Below, one piece after another: positions 12,943-25,645 of a stretch of 64,000 nt of DNA; position 1 is the first letter of the stretch; each line of letters starts with the position of its first letter. The position numbers and the translations under genes are program-made. The notes below the pieces were generated by a model. The model was given only the letters and a program-made list of their open reading frames with translations. It searched no databases and was not told the origin of the DNA. Location: the NCBI GenBank assembly GCA_040954595.2, contig CM082585.2, forward strand, positions 8,387,404 through 8,451,403. The letters are read 5' to 3'. The DNA comes from Balanoglossus misakiensis (lineage: Eukaryota; Animalia; Hemichordata).

Positions 12943-15900
12943 ATGACTGCGTTGGCTGTTTTGGCTGGATTGGCGTTGGTAGTGATAATCGTATTCTATT
13001 ATTTGAAGTCAGTGTTATGGCCCGAAGAGGCGGTGAGTGAACGACATGTTGTTTTCAGGCTGTGGTTCGATTTTTTCGTGACTTGCGTATGCTGTCTGTT
13101 GGGGTACGATATTAACCCAGATTTTTTAGGTCAACGAGTACTTTCAAGGTCACGTACCTGTGCCGGGTACTATAAATTAACGTCGCTGTTTTAGTGATAT
13201 GCGATTGCCAGATTCTTGCTGAATGATATGTGTGACGTACATTTATTTTTCGTTTGCTTTGAAAACACAATGCAGCTTTTTGTGTGGCAGTGTGCCAAGA
13301 ATGTACATATACTATTCAATTTCAAGGGTCATCCGGCGGTCGTAGACACTTCCTACGTGACCGTTGCACAGGAGGCTAAAAAAAACAATTCACCCGTTTG
13401 TAACAATTTTTGTTCGTTCTGGGATGAGTTAGAGTGTATTTATTATTGGCATTTTTGAACATCACTATAGGACATGATTTTGATCTCACTGCAAAATAAC
13501 ATCCCTGTGTATTATTTTGACAAATGTTATTTCTCTTGTTTGCACTATATTTGTTATTGTGTTTCAGAGGGAGGAAATTGGGGGCAGTGTCGTTGGAACT
13601 GTCAAAACTCAAATACCTGGAATGCCGAAGTCTGACCCTGAGTAGGTTACTCTGCACTCTTTCAAAATTTCATTTCATATAGTCCTCACAGACAACATGC
13701 AGAAGGAATAACATGTTACGTTTGACTTTTCCATCATACATGTATTGTATTTGTCAATTCCATCAGTTATCAGAAATGCCCGAACTTTATGGTTTTATCA
13801 CTTTCCTCTGTGTGACAGAAGAGGTAATTTGGACGACATCGATACGGCTGGAAGTCTACATGAATTCCTTTCCCACCTCCATTCCAAATATGGCCCTGTG
13901 GCATCATTCTGGTACGGTAAACACTACTTTGTCAGCCTGGCTTCCCCAGAAGCCTGGAAAGACACCATTAAAATATTTGACAGACCACGTGAGTTCTCAT
14001 CAAATATACTTAATATGGTAGATCACATGGTATAACCAACTGTGTATTGTTTTGTGTGAAATGGTATGCCAAATCTATTCTTGATTTTCTTCTGAAACAT
14101 GTTCATTTTAGGATTGCAGACTTGCTTTATTAGTAATCTGGGACCCTCTGTGTAACTTACCTCTCTGATATTGACAATATTCTTCCTGTTGTTTCTTTTC
14201 ATAGCTGAGCTTTTCCAATTTGTGTTGCCTTTGATCGGGCCTGGATGTATTCAGTATGCAAATGGGGAGGAAGGCAAAAGACGACGAAATACTTTTGACA
14301 AGTCCTTCAGTCACGAAGCCATTAGGAATTACTTCAGTGATTTTCAGTCGGTAAGATTTAGTTGCAAAGACCAACAATCACAAGCAGAAAAGACAAAACA
14401 GTAACAAAACGATACAGCACAGACAATGAACAAAACACAGAACAAAGTTGAGTCCATGAAAGACAGATATATGGACTAGTTCTACTACAAACAGCGTCTT
14501 ATTTACCCATTCTCTACTGTTAATGTAACCTGTATGTGTGTAAACGAACATGGTTATTTCTGACAAATGAATTGTAGTTATGTGTGCATTAATTTAATCC
14601 ATCTTATATGTAATGATGACAGGCCGCTGATTCAACTGCAGAGAAGATTTCATCATTGCCAACTGAGGAACATGTTCCATTATCAGAACACATGTCGATT
14701 ATGGTCATTAAAGCCATCAGTCAGGCTACATTCGGGGGCTTTTTCAAGAAAGATGAACAAGCAGTCACCCTGCTTCACCACTATGAAACAGTGAGTTCTT
14801 TCTGAGCATTTCACTTTTGAAATTATTTAGCTTATTTATGTCGTTATGTCACTGAATTTTCATTATTATTACCACGCAGTATTTCCATTTTACACATCAT
14901 GGAGACAGTTTTTGTTGCATATAAATTTGATTCAAATATTTCTCACTGTAATTATACAAATCTCTGCGATAAATGCTGTGATTGTTTCAGGTTATGGGAT
15001 TGCTGAATCCAAGAATAGCAAATGAGGCAGAAGCTGGTGAGAAGTTCAACACTGGTAATATGTTACACTTAAGTGTCCTCTTTTGATGTTAATTTGGTTA
15101 TTTTAATTTCTCTTAATAGGTTATATATTGTGTTAGCTAGTCTACTCACTGCAAGATTCGCAATTCCTGATTGTTACAACTCACGTGCTGTTCACAGGCA
15201 CGACATTAAATTCTAAACGCGGTTGAATTTTTGGTACTGACCAAAAACTCAATGATGGCAATATCTCTGTTAAGGATGTACGGTCAGTAAAATTGAAAGT
15301 ATTGTAATTTTTTTTAATTGTGGATTTTTGGATTCTCTTTTGTATGTATAATGAAAATCCGTAATAAAATATAGGGGTCACCGCACTTGTTTTTGAAATA
15401 TAGAGCTATGAATTTGGTCGATAATAGAAGAAATCTGCTGACTAAGCATTTTTCATCAATGGTTTGTCTATGGGCAAAATTGTTAATGCAATTTATCTCA
15501 AAATAGAGCAGGGTGACCCCTATATTTTATTTTACCAATGAATTTATATTTGCTGGACTTAGCTACATGTATGTGTAAAATTCTGTGAAAATGACAATAG
15601 TAGAAGTTTGTTTTCTAGCAATTTTCAATGTAATCCTATGGGAAAAAGACGGGGCGCGCAGTGTTCCGGTTTATGTTCTGCGCGTACATCCTTAATGTCC
15701 ATGTTCATGTTGTGAAAAGCCCCAATTTAGTATTTTCTTTTTATGTGGACACAGCTCTTAAAGCCTGGCAGGATTTCATGCATGGTGCAGTGCAGCATCG
15801 CCGTGACAACCCTCCTAAAGCGGGCGATGCCCACATTTTCATGGATGTCCTTATTGATTATTTCGACAATGAAGAGGACTTATTCTGCGATGCTCTTGTT

Positions 15901-17632
15901 TATTTCATAGCTGCCTTTCATACAACTGCTTTCAGTAAGTTGTTTCTTATTATTATTATTTCTACAATACACATGTGTTAACAGGTGTTGATCACTTCAG
16001 CTTGGGAATAAATAAAAGTTGTGAGAATAAAATCTAAATGACAGGTTTCATGGGTTATTGCATACATGTACATACAATTACTCATTTGGTGCTACTGGTG
16101 AGGGTGTTAAACCGACTGGCTAACAACCACAGTCATTCTTGCAATTTGATGAGACTATTTGTATGCTCGATGAGTGTAAAAAACTTTTTTGACAAACACA
16201 TTTGACACTCTTTAATAATACTGAGTTTATTGGCATTTCATACTTACAGTGATGGTATGGTCAATCTACTACATATGTAAACACCAAGACGTCCAGGATA
16301 AGGTGTACAAGGAAGTAGATGAAGTCCTCGGGAAGGATGGCAAAGTGAATCATACAAACTTGGCCCAGTTGCAGTAAGTCGGAAAATAGGTGGTATCTAT
16401 ATCTGTGGTGTCTGCATTCTATTCTGTTCTGGTAGCTTTCTTATGCCATGGTAAATACAGATGAAGGTAAGATGAAGCAACTTTCTTTGGTCAACATATG
16501 TACAGTGAGCAAGATGTCGTTTAAATACTCATATTGCTTCCACAGGTACATGAAGATGGTATTTGATGAATCTATGCGATGTTCTGTATTGGCCCCATTT
16601 GCTGCCAGAGTGAACTATGAAAAAGATATGCAAGTCCAGGGTTATCTGATTCCTAAAGGAGTAAGAAAAATAACATTTCTTGATTAATATATACGAGCTG
16701 ACTTAAGCAAAACAACAGAAATTTGGTTGTTTGCAATCATTATACAGCAACATGGTCACTCTCGATGAACAGGTACATAAATAAAGCCTTTGTAGAATTT
16801 TGGATAATCAGTTAAGTTTGAATTATATTAAAAAAATTAGCTCGCTGATGGATATCTACAAAAAGTAATATCAACCTTTGATTGGGGCTTTACATTTAAA
16901 TGTGAACAAGTTATTAAAAACAAACAGCTTTAATACCATCTAATATGTCATTTGGGGTCTGTAACCGTATTAATTTCTATTGCAGACTGGCATGATTCAT
17001 GCGCTTGGAGTTGTTCTGCAGGATGCCAAGATATGGCCAGATCCACAGAGGTAATGTTTTCTAGCTGCAGATGGTGCAAGATACTATCATCCACCCGTTT
17101 GACAAAAAAACGACTAGAAACCGATGAGATAACAAGTAATATGGTTGTGTGTTTGATTAATATAATGTAGCCAGCTGTAGTTAAACTCGGCATTTTGTCC
17201 TCAGTGGGACCGATTAATAGCTTTTTCATAGTACAAAGAAGTTTTTCCTGTTAAACTTACTAAAGAATTTAACCAAACCTTTACATGTGAATTATTCACT
17301 GTAGTATTTTATCTGAATTTACTGTCCGGCAAACAGTTCAAAAAAGATTGACTCATATCACACACTCTTTTCTTTGTAGTTTTGACCCGGACCGATTCCA
17401 ACCTGAGAAAGTTGCAAAGCGCCACAACTTGGCTCACTCACCATTTGGCTTTGCCGGAAAACGGATCTGTCCAGGGTACCGCATAGCGTACGCCGAGGGT
17501 GCAGTCTTCTTGGCCACTCTGCTCAAGAAGTTCAAGTTCCATCTGGTCGAGGGACAGGACATCAGTCGCAAGTTTGGGTTTGTGACATTGCCCAGTGATG
17601 AGGTCTGGGTAAAAGTTTCAAAAAGGGAGTAA
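12943..17632 (+). CDS. CYP20A1: Cytochrome P450, CYP20A1-like, 11 exons
   Basis: Exons 12943-13032, 13568-13641, 13819-13988, 14205-14350, 14623-14790, 14991-15054, 15755-15934, 16250-16373, 16546-16660, 16986-17051, 17380-17632. N-terminal anchor, CYP20-typical GNLDDI..AGSLHEFL..LH..YGPVASFW, ExxR (ESMR), FDPDRF, heme motif PFGFAGKRICPG. Confidence 0.9.
15361..15536. repeat. Imperfect inverted repeat (probable MITE core) in a CYP20 intron
   Basis: aataaaatataggggtcacc (from 15363) is the reverse complement of ggtgacccctatattttatt (from 15512). Similarity continues imperfectly for about 45 bp per arm. Confidence 0.65.
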
Positions 17633-18761
17633 TTATATCACTTATATTTGGTGAGTGAATACCCCACATAGATAAAGATACGGCTAAAATTAATTACGCG
17701 AATTATATTACATGTTTTTTTGTTATATTTCATTTGCTAAGGTTGACAAAATTTTCGACATACGTGTTGATACGAAAATTCTACAATGTACAAATCATAT
17801 TGTTTTCATTCCTTTTGTGCTCCAGAAAAAACAAGCAATCGTTAAATTTTTATTTAGCCCACATTAACTAATAGACATCTTGACTACGGAGCTGACATAT
17901 TTACTGTAATCAAGGCTCGAAATGTTTGCTTTTTTACTTGTTCCGGACAGGTATTTTGATGCTATTGAAAATGGCTATTTGTATGTCAAAAGACTGCTAC
18001 CCAGGAAATTATTATGACATCACAGAAGTCAATCAGTTAATGTGACCCACTACTGATTGGCCATTACTCATTAATTTATATTGTTTAATGGTCAAAATTA
18101 TGTGCACAGTATACAGTAGTGTTGGAACAAGAGGCTAAAAACATGTTACTAGACTACATGTAATATATAGGTACAGCACTAATATTTTGACAGAAAAACA
18201 CTACATTTTGCCATTTTATGTAGAATTGCTTAGTTTGGTGTATGAAGTTAATTAAGATTTATTTTTTTATGCAGAATGTTGCATATATTAGGTGACCATT
18301 CGTTCAAAAAATGCTATTTTTCATTTCTGTAGTCCTTATTGTTTTCTTAGTATATGATGTCATCAACTTAAGTCCCATTTTGTTCAATGGTGCACCTGAA
18401 AGATAAAATATTTGTTATTAGCTGCTAACGTACACACTATAGACGTATTTTTTAAATTTGCAATACATGTAGTTGGGATTGCGGCCATGTGAGAAATAGA
18501 ATCTCACACACCAAGGACATGGGATCAGATTTCTCACACTCGTCACAGATATTGTGTTAACATATCCCCAACTGGTGTTGGAAATCGAATCCCTTCGGAG
18601 TTTGAGATTTGATTATTCCTATTGCACCACTGACATATGCATGAGAGAGGCCTACTCATCGACAATTTCACTGTGCTCATTGTGGCTTCTATTAAAGGGA
18701 TAGAATGATCATTCTAAAACTGCAGGTAAACATGTGACATCTACCCGAAGCAAGTGCGTCG

Positions 18762-18922
18762 TAGACTCTCTCACAGCCACCTCTCGCTGTCCACACAGGC
18801 TTATGGTCTGTGTGCCTGTAATGTTCGCTACACAACACCATATAGGGCTTCTCATTTGCTAAATGGCTGAGGGTGCAGAAGTGAAGAGCCCTGTAGCGAA
18901 CCGTGGGCTGTGAAAGAGTCTA
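18762..18922. mobile_element. 161-bp non-autonomous hAT-like MITE
   Basis: TIRs tagactctctcacagcc / ggctgtgaaagagtcta (1 mismatch). Flanking 8-bp direct repeat gtgcgtcg (18754-18761) / gtgcgtca (18923-18930). Internal inverted pair gttcgctaca / tgtagcgaac. Confidence 0.75.
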
Positions 18923-19359
18923 GTGCGTCATAGATTAGCGACGTGCTATTTACTCTCTGGGACTTATTCATCTGATTGGTAATTACATACACGATACAAG
19001 GCTACTTTTAAGTTAGCTCATGCATGGCCCTTTGGCTAAAAGAGCGACAGATACTATAGCATGTATTGTGTCATGGAAGGACTCATGGAACATGTGCTCT
19101 TTACATTACAAAGAGTATGCTTATTGAATGCACACTGGGATGTCATTATATCTGCAGGCATTGGAGATGGAAGTCTAGAAGAGTTAATGATGATGGGGCA
19201 GGAAGTCTAGTAGGGTTAAAAGGACAAAGTCTCTCTCTCGCCGCCCTTTTTTCCATTAATTATGTTTGATCATGCAAGACACTTTATGTTGATGTACATG
19301 TGTATATGTAGTGAATGAGTGTTCAACCACACACAACTTCCATCCCGCTTATATGAAAT

Positions 19360-19433
19360 GAGAGTAAAAACTCGCCCAAAATGAATAAATGGTAGAGACT
19401 GATTATTCATTTTGGCCTGTTTTTTTCACTCTC
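19360..19433. repeat. Imperfect palindrome with ~30-bp arms and a ~14-nt loop
   Basis: gagagtaaaaactcgcccaaaatgaataa pairs with ttattcattttggcctgtttttttcactctc. Confidence 0.6.
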
Positions 19434-21259
19434 GTCATAAAAATTAATATTATTGACAAACATAAATGGACTACTGGCTACACTACAATCCCATAAGCAC
19501 ACTCTATTTGAATGTTAATAAAGATTTGAATATGTATATAGTGTTCATAGTTATATGAGTAGTCTCCTTTCACATCTATACACAACTTCACTACAAGCCC
19601 AAAAGGTGAGTACAATCTGTGTCAAATTGCAACTAGTGGCAGCATACAAGAACGGGAGACAATGCCAAGAGTATATAACAACTATTATTATATGTAATGC
19701 GATATGGCATGCTGTTTACAATCTTGGAACTGTGGAAGGCATGACAGAGACCGTAGTTGTTTTTGACGTGCCTTTAGTCTCCTGTTGACTTGACTAAAGG
19801 ACGTACTGTTAAAATGTTAACGTTAATTCGTACTATGCGTAAATACACATACATGCATGCATGCTCCGGTATACTTTGGAGCTAATGAACAAGTAACAAT
19901 TGTTGCACGTATTTAAGAGAAGAGTACTATTGTGCCATTCTATTATATACCACAAATAGAAAAGTCTGTCTTTTCTATTTGTCTGTGATTATAATAATGT
20001 ACAGAGAAAAGATTATTTGCATGATAGGAAGAGTTTAGTTTTGACAGCAATAATGTACAATAGCTATTATCACAGAGGAAGCCAAGAACTGGATTTAATT
20101 CATCTGAAGGCCATGGATGTCGACTAATCCTCTAATTATTTCTTCCAGGGTAGGAGTATAACCCAGATGTGCCTGTATATAGGCCTTAACGCAAGAAAGA
20201 CACATGGACACAATATTGGCGTTGCAGAAACTGTGGGGTTAACTCCACTGATGCATTGTAGCGGCCTTTCGAGTGATACCAATCGCAGGAGCGTCAATGG
20301 AGGGCAACGTTGCAGTCGCGTGAAGGCATGTCGCCGCAGAGCGTGTGGCTGGCGTCGAAGCAGCCTGAGATGGAACTCTCTTGACTTGAACTGTCTAACG
20401 TCAGTGTCAGACTGCGTGGTACCATGAAAACACGGCGTGCTCTGCAACGACAGCCTCCAAATTAGCGGAGCAACGAAGAACTGCAAGGTAAGCGAGCCGT
20501 GTGGAAGTAAAATAACATGAAGCAAGCGTCTGAAGGTGAGCAAGTTTTATTAAAGTGGTAAACGGAAACGACTGATAAAGTTCGTGTTGACAAGTGTTCG
20601 ATGATGGCCGGGCCATCTCGAAACGTGTAACAAGGCAGGGGTTTCCGAAATGAGAAACAAGTCCTTGGACGGTTATGTTCTCTGATTGTCGCAGCTGGTC
20701 GCCTGAAAGGATCCGTGGGCATTCAAATCCCGATTTCTCTCTGGATATAAAACAGCATGTTACTGTACTACAGGGCCCACAATGTAAATGTCAACAGCTG
20801 TGCCTACTTAATTGACCATGGATTTCTCTTCAGGGCCTATAGAGTAATTTTCTGCTCATTATTACATCAATACTAGAATATACCTACAGAATGGACAAAC
20901 AAGATTGTCGCAAGGAATAATTTCCAGACCTGAGCATTTGAGTGTTAATCTGCACACGGAACGACTTTACCAATTCGTGAACAGCTGTCGTCCAATCAGA
21001 GTTCAACATTATACTGCCAGGGATTTGCCAATCTCAGATGTTATTTTTTTTTCTACTGTGATACACCTATGATGTCTGGCATATTTTAGCAAACTCGTCT
21101 GAGCATGGTTGAGCCTAAGTTTGTGAAGGGAATAGTGAAGACACAATCCAAACGGACATGCACACTCGTCGGCTGGCCTGTGTCGTGAAGACGTAACTTT
21201 CAAGATTATAGCTCCCAGTCTACGTGTATATCAGTAGCGAAACCCAAAAGTCCGGGACG

Positions 21260-22360
21260 ATGGACACGGAAGACGTATCGTCCTCAACGAATACGAGTTC
21301 CATCTTTTCGCCCTGCAACAATTGTAACCTGACGGTTTTCTTTCCGAACGACACCAGTGTTATACCTTCAGAAGTGGACTTGCTGGCTGTTGTACGCATT
21401 TCACTCTTTGGCGCATTTACCGTATTCGGCAACTTCATGGTGATTTTGTCCGTCATCTTGAATGACGAGCTGCGAGCGACAAGATATGCCTTCATGGCGA
21501 GCTTGGCGAGCGTCGACTCTTTGACTGGCCTCTACTTCGGAATGGGAGCGATGATGAACGGATCGCCGCAAACTCTAAGTGAAAACCCGCTATTTTGTGT
21601 CGGCGCCTACTGCGGATTGTTTTTCCTCTGGTCTGCCAGTATATTCCACATGGTTCTCATAGCGACTGACCGATACCTGACGATCACAAAGCCGTTCGAC
21701 TACGATTTGATCATGACACGATGCCGATGCACCTGTCTTATCGTTGCCGCCTGGTTGAGCGGCGCGGCTGTCGCCGTCCTGCCGTTGGTCGGATTGAACA
21801 AGCAGTTACCACCCCACGTAGTCTGCTTGCCTTCGATTGTGATGAGCGGGGAGTACCTCATGTTCTTGTGTTTAGGCACGTTCTTCGTGCCGCTGGTCGT
21901 CATGTGCGTGCTGTACGGACGACTTGCGCGCGTCGCCGTCGTGCAGCGGAAAAAAATCCACGCACTCCACGTCAGCGTGAACGCAACGCGATCAGAAGTG
22001 GTGAGCGTCGTCAGCGGGAGCGGCGAACAACCAGCCCCGATTGCCTCGTCAAGCAATCCGTCTGACGACGCCGTTCAGCCGTCCCAGGCCCAACAGCGGC
22101 GACTGAAGGTTTTCAAACAAGAGATGAGAACTACGAAGACGTTGTTGATGATTTTAGGCATATTTGCTCTCTGTTGGTTGCCGTTCGCATTTATGCTCAT
22201 TCTAGAACACACCGCGTCCAATTTTCACAGCCTTACCCTAAACGACATTGCATTTTCCCTGGGAATGATGAACTCTGCCGTCAATCCCGTTGTGTACGCC
22301 TTCAGAGATGTTCCCCTGAGAAAAACATTCAAGAAACTGCTCAAGTGTCAAAGAGTGTGA
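21260..22360 (+). CDS. Class A (rhodopsin-like) GPCR, aminergic/adenosine-receptor-like, intronless CDS
   Basis: Seven hydrophobic segments with GN (TM1), LASVD (TM2), DRY, CWLPF, NPVVY and N-glycosylation sites in the N-terminus. First ATG at 21260 follows a candidate acceptor ctcccag (21218). Confidence 0.92.
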   Translation: MDTEDVSSSTNTSSIFSPCNNCNLTVFFPNDTSVIPSEVDLLAVVRISLFGAFTVFGNFMVILSVILNDELRATRYAFMASLASVDSLTGLYFGMGAMMNGSPQTLSENPLFCVGAYCGLFFLWSASIFHMVLIATDRYLTITKPFDYDLIMTRCRCTCLIVAAWLSGAAVAVLPLVGLNKQLPPHVVCLPSIVMSGEYLMFLCLGTFFVPLVVMCVLYGRLARVAVVQRKKIHALHVSVNATRSEVVSVVSGSGEQPAPIASSSNPSDDAVQPSQAQQRRLKVFKQEMRTTKTLLMILGIFALCWLPFAFMLILEHTASNFHSLTLNDIAFSLGMMNSAVNPVVYAFRDVPLRKTFKKLLKCQRV

Positions 22361-25300
22361 ATGTACATTTCCGATCTATGGTGTCATGAAAAAAATTACC
22401 TTTTTGTGTCTACCAGCAAGTCTTAAAGTGCAATTCATTCGACCATTTGTTGCACGTATTACATCCTATATTTTTTATGTTTTAGTAGTTTTTTTGCATA
22501 CATTGTGCTAATGTTTCGGTTTCGTGAATTAATTTTAACTTCGGGAAAATACGAATACGTGTATTAAGATAAGAACAAGTGAAAATTTAGCAAGATTTGT
22601 GGTTTGATATAACAGTCTAAATTTATCTGTTACAGTATTTTCCGAAGGTGCAAACATTAAAAATGTATGTTTCCCTTATTCGCAACTGTGTTGAATATAT
22701 TATTGTATTGAAATTAATTCCCGAGAGAATTCTCACATCAAATCTTTCTCGAGTGTTTTTCAACAGTTTTTTTTCCATATTGGCCAAATCACAGCAGGAT
22801 CACTGAACACATCTCGGCTTGTATGTACTTCCCCTTGAAACATGAGTACAATAGGATGTGGAACTAAACCGAGCGCATATAAGCTTACTGTAATGCTGGC
22901 GTGTGGTATGTCTTCTGGCTGCAGTAGCGAGATCCACAGATAATGAAGAGTCCCTTAAGCGGCTGCCATTTTGAATAATTCAAACTTTTTGCGTCCAGAT
23001 AATAATCCAGATAAATTTGACTCATCAAAGAAAAATAAATACCTAGTCGATAATCAATAGCATTAGGAAAGATTGAATATGTACGTTTCCCTGCGCAAGT
23101 CACGATGCCCCCCTGCAGCAGGCACTCCTGGTACAACTATGTAGGCAATTTTACTATAGCTTGTAGTGTTCACTGGGTTTTTAAAGTAATTTTCTAAACA
23201 ACTCACACTTTAAATGCTTTGTTTGGATGTATGTCACAGTAAACCGGGGCTGCACCCTCAAAGTCGTGTCAGCCATAGGGAACAATAGTGCAAGGACGTA
23301 TACATGCAGTAATGTGACATGAGAAAGTATTGGTCTTGGAAAGAGAACGGTTTGCAGAAGGGAATAATTGTTTCCCCCTTTATACTCACTCTAACACTTT
23401 ACATTTACAAGGTGTAATGGCTTGTGTTGCTTTTGTCGGTTGTATCTTTTTCATTTTGTATGTCGTTCGTTACCTCTGCTGGTGGACAGGATTGTGTCCC
23501 CGAGATTAACTGAAGTCCGGTTGAGCAATGGGAATCGCATGACTGAAATTGGTTTTGATGTGAAGAGCAATCATTTTATGAAATATACAGGTGTTATATG
23601 ACGGTGTTTTCTAAAACGGTCGAGAAGTTTTAAAAATATATGTTTGTCTCATAGCTTATCAGTTCTGTCAAGATTCAATGTAAACGGTGGATTCGTAGCA
23701 GTTTCGGCAAATGTATACAAAGCATTGAAACCGGCCTTGCAGTGTGTTCTTTCAGTTGGATACTTTCGAGATGTGAACAAACGCGCCGATGTCAAAGAAG
23801 TTGTCTGTTTTGTAAGAATGCGCTAACAGTGGGAAAAGCTTTGCACGTCGACACACATATACTATCTTTTCAAAGGCTCATAAATCAAAGATCCCGATAG
23901 AAAGATAAAATTTCCCCACTCCCACACAACTTCGGGTGAGTGTGCCACCTGACAAAACTAATAGGTTAATCGGCTTCGTGCACGAATATTCAACTCGATA
24001 GCTGTGATAAAAAGTGCACAAGCTTCAATCGTCCATGCATGAATGAAAACGGTTCGTGACAGAAGAAGTAGATAAGAAATAAAAAGAAAAGTAATACTGG
24101 GTCTTGAATTATTCATTGGAAACTTGTCCATGAAGATGAAGCGACCAAATTGTGACAAATTTTTCACAAGCGCCTGGTAACTTCAAATCGTGCTCAGAAT
24201 TCTCATTAGCGCCTGCCTCTGGCGTAATCTGTTTGTGGTTTCCAGTTAACGCACAGTACGTGTATACGTGATTCGTAGTGCAGGAAGCTGTTTTTGGCGG
24301 GGATGAGAATTATGATGACTGTGTGAACGGTGCCATTGACCTGTGCCACTGGCGCATTTATTGCAAGTTGAAGACAGGATGAATGATTGAAGGATTTTAA
24401 TTCTGAACAAGAAACCAGAAGCGTATTACCAGATACAATTTGCCTTACAAATTACCTTTTTTGCTCAATGAGGCGTGTTTTTCAATAGCGGGGAATCGAG
24501 ATTCAAGGGGTTTCCCCATTTGATATTCAAGGTTATCCCCATATTTGGGTATTGTTTGCCTTCAGTGCAGAGGGTTTTCGGAAAGAGATCCATGAAATGC
24601 TGCGGCGACCCTTCATCACGGTAATTGGTGGTGGCAGGCCCTTCAAAAGCTTCAATGGCAGTGAACAATGTCAGAAAAAGTAAAGTGAAAACGAGTTGAA
24701 CGAATTTTGTACGCTGTTATAAAGATATAACTTTTAGGCGTAGAGAAGTAATGAAATACAGATAATACATCTATTCAAACATTGCTGCAATGCAATTTGA
24801 CTCCCTAGCATGAAGTAAAAAAAAAAAAACATTTACCGAAATAACAACAAAAGGCAATATGATAAAAAATGTACTCGTGTAAACAAGCATGAGCTTGGGG
24901 TTTCCGAGCTTCGGCTTCCAATTTTACAGCATCATGCGCCTGAGAGCCATGGTGACATGGTTATGTCGCGTCGGAGTCCATATATAGCCACCTGTGTTTG
25001 TAGAAGCTAGTGACAGACTTTCACTGGGCGTGCAACCCCTGGGTAACTCAAAGCCTTGGACACACGCCATTTAACCATGTACAGGCATAATGTAAATTGG
25101 AATTAAGGTGATTGTACACCTATAAGTTTAAGTATTCGATATCAGGAAAATTTATCAAGGATTTGAATACTGAATGAACTATAGGGACACGAAGATGTAT
25201 TAATAAACAATCACGACAGTGTGCTATGACATTTATTTTGGGGGATTAAAAGTGCATAAATTTCGGATAATACACCTTTAAATAAAAAATGCATGATCGC

Positions 25301-25645
25301 ACGTCACACACAAGCATATTCGTAACACAAAAAGAGTTGGGATGTGACTTTTTTTTGGTGCCACAGCCACAGTGTGCTATCTAATACGGTACACATCAAA
25401 CGTATAGCCTGTAGGGGTGTCCTTCGTACAGCGTGCTGAATTACACTGCCACTAAGAGAACGGACAAACACATTTGCTTCGGAATAAATAACAGTCACGA
25501 TTTTGCGCATTTTTGTTTATTATCAAACTTTGAAAAAATTAAGTATTTATTCACTGATACGTTTATATAGTTCATATGTCTAAAGCAGTTGGGCTCTATC
25601 GAACTTCAGGTTTGATATTACTTTCTGTATTATTCTCAGCCCGAC

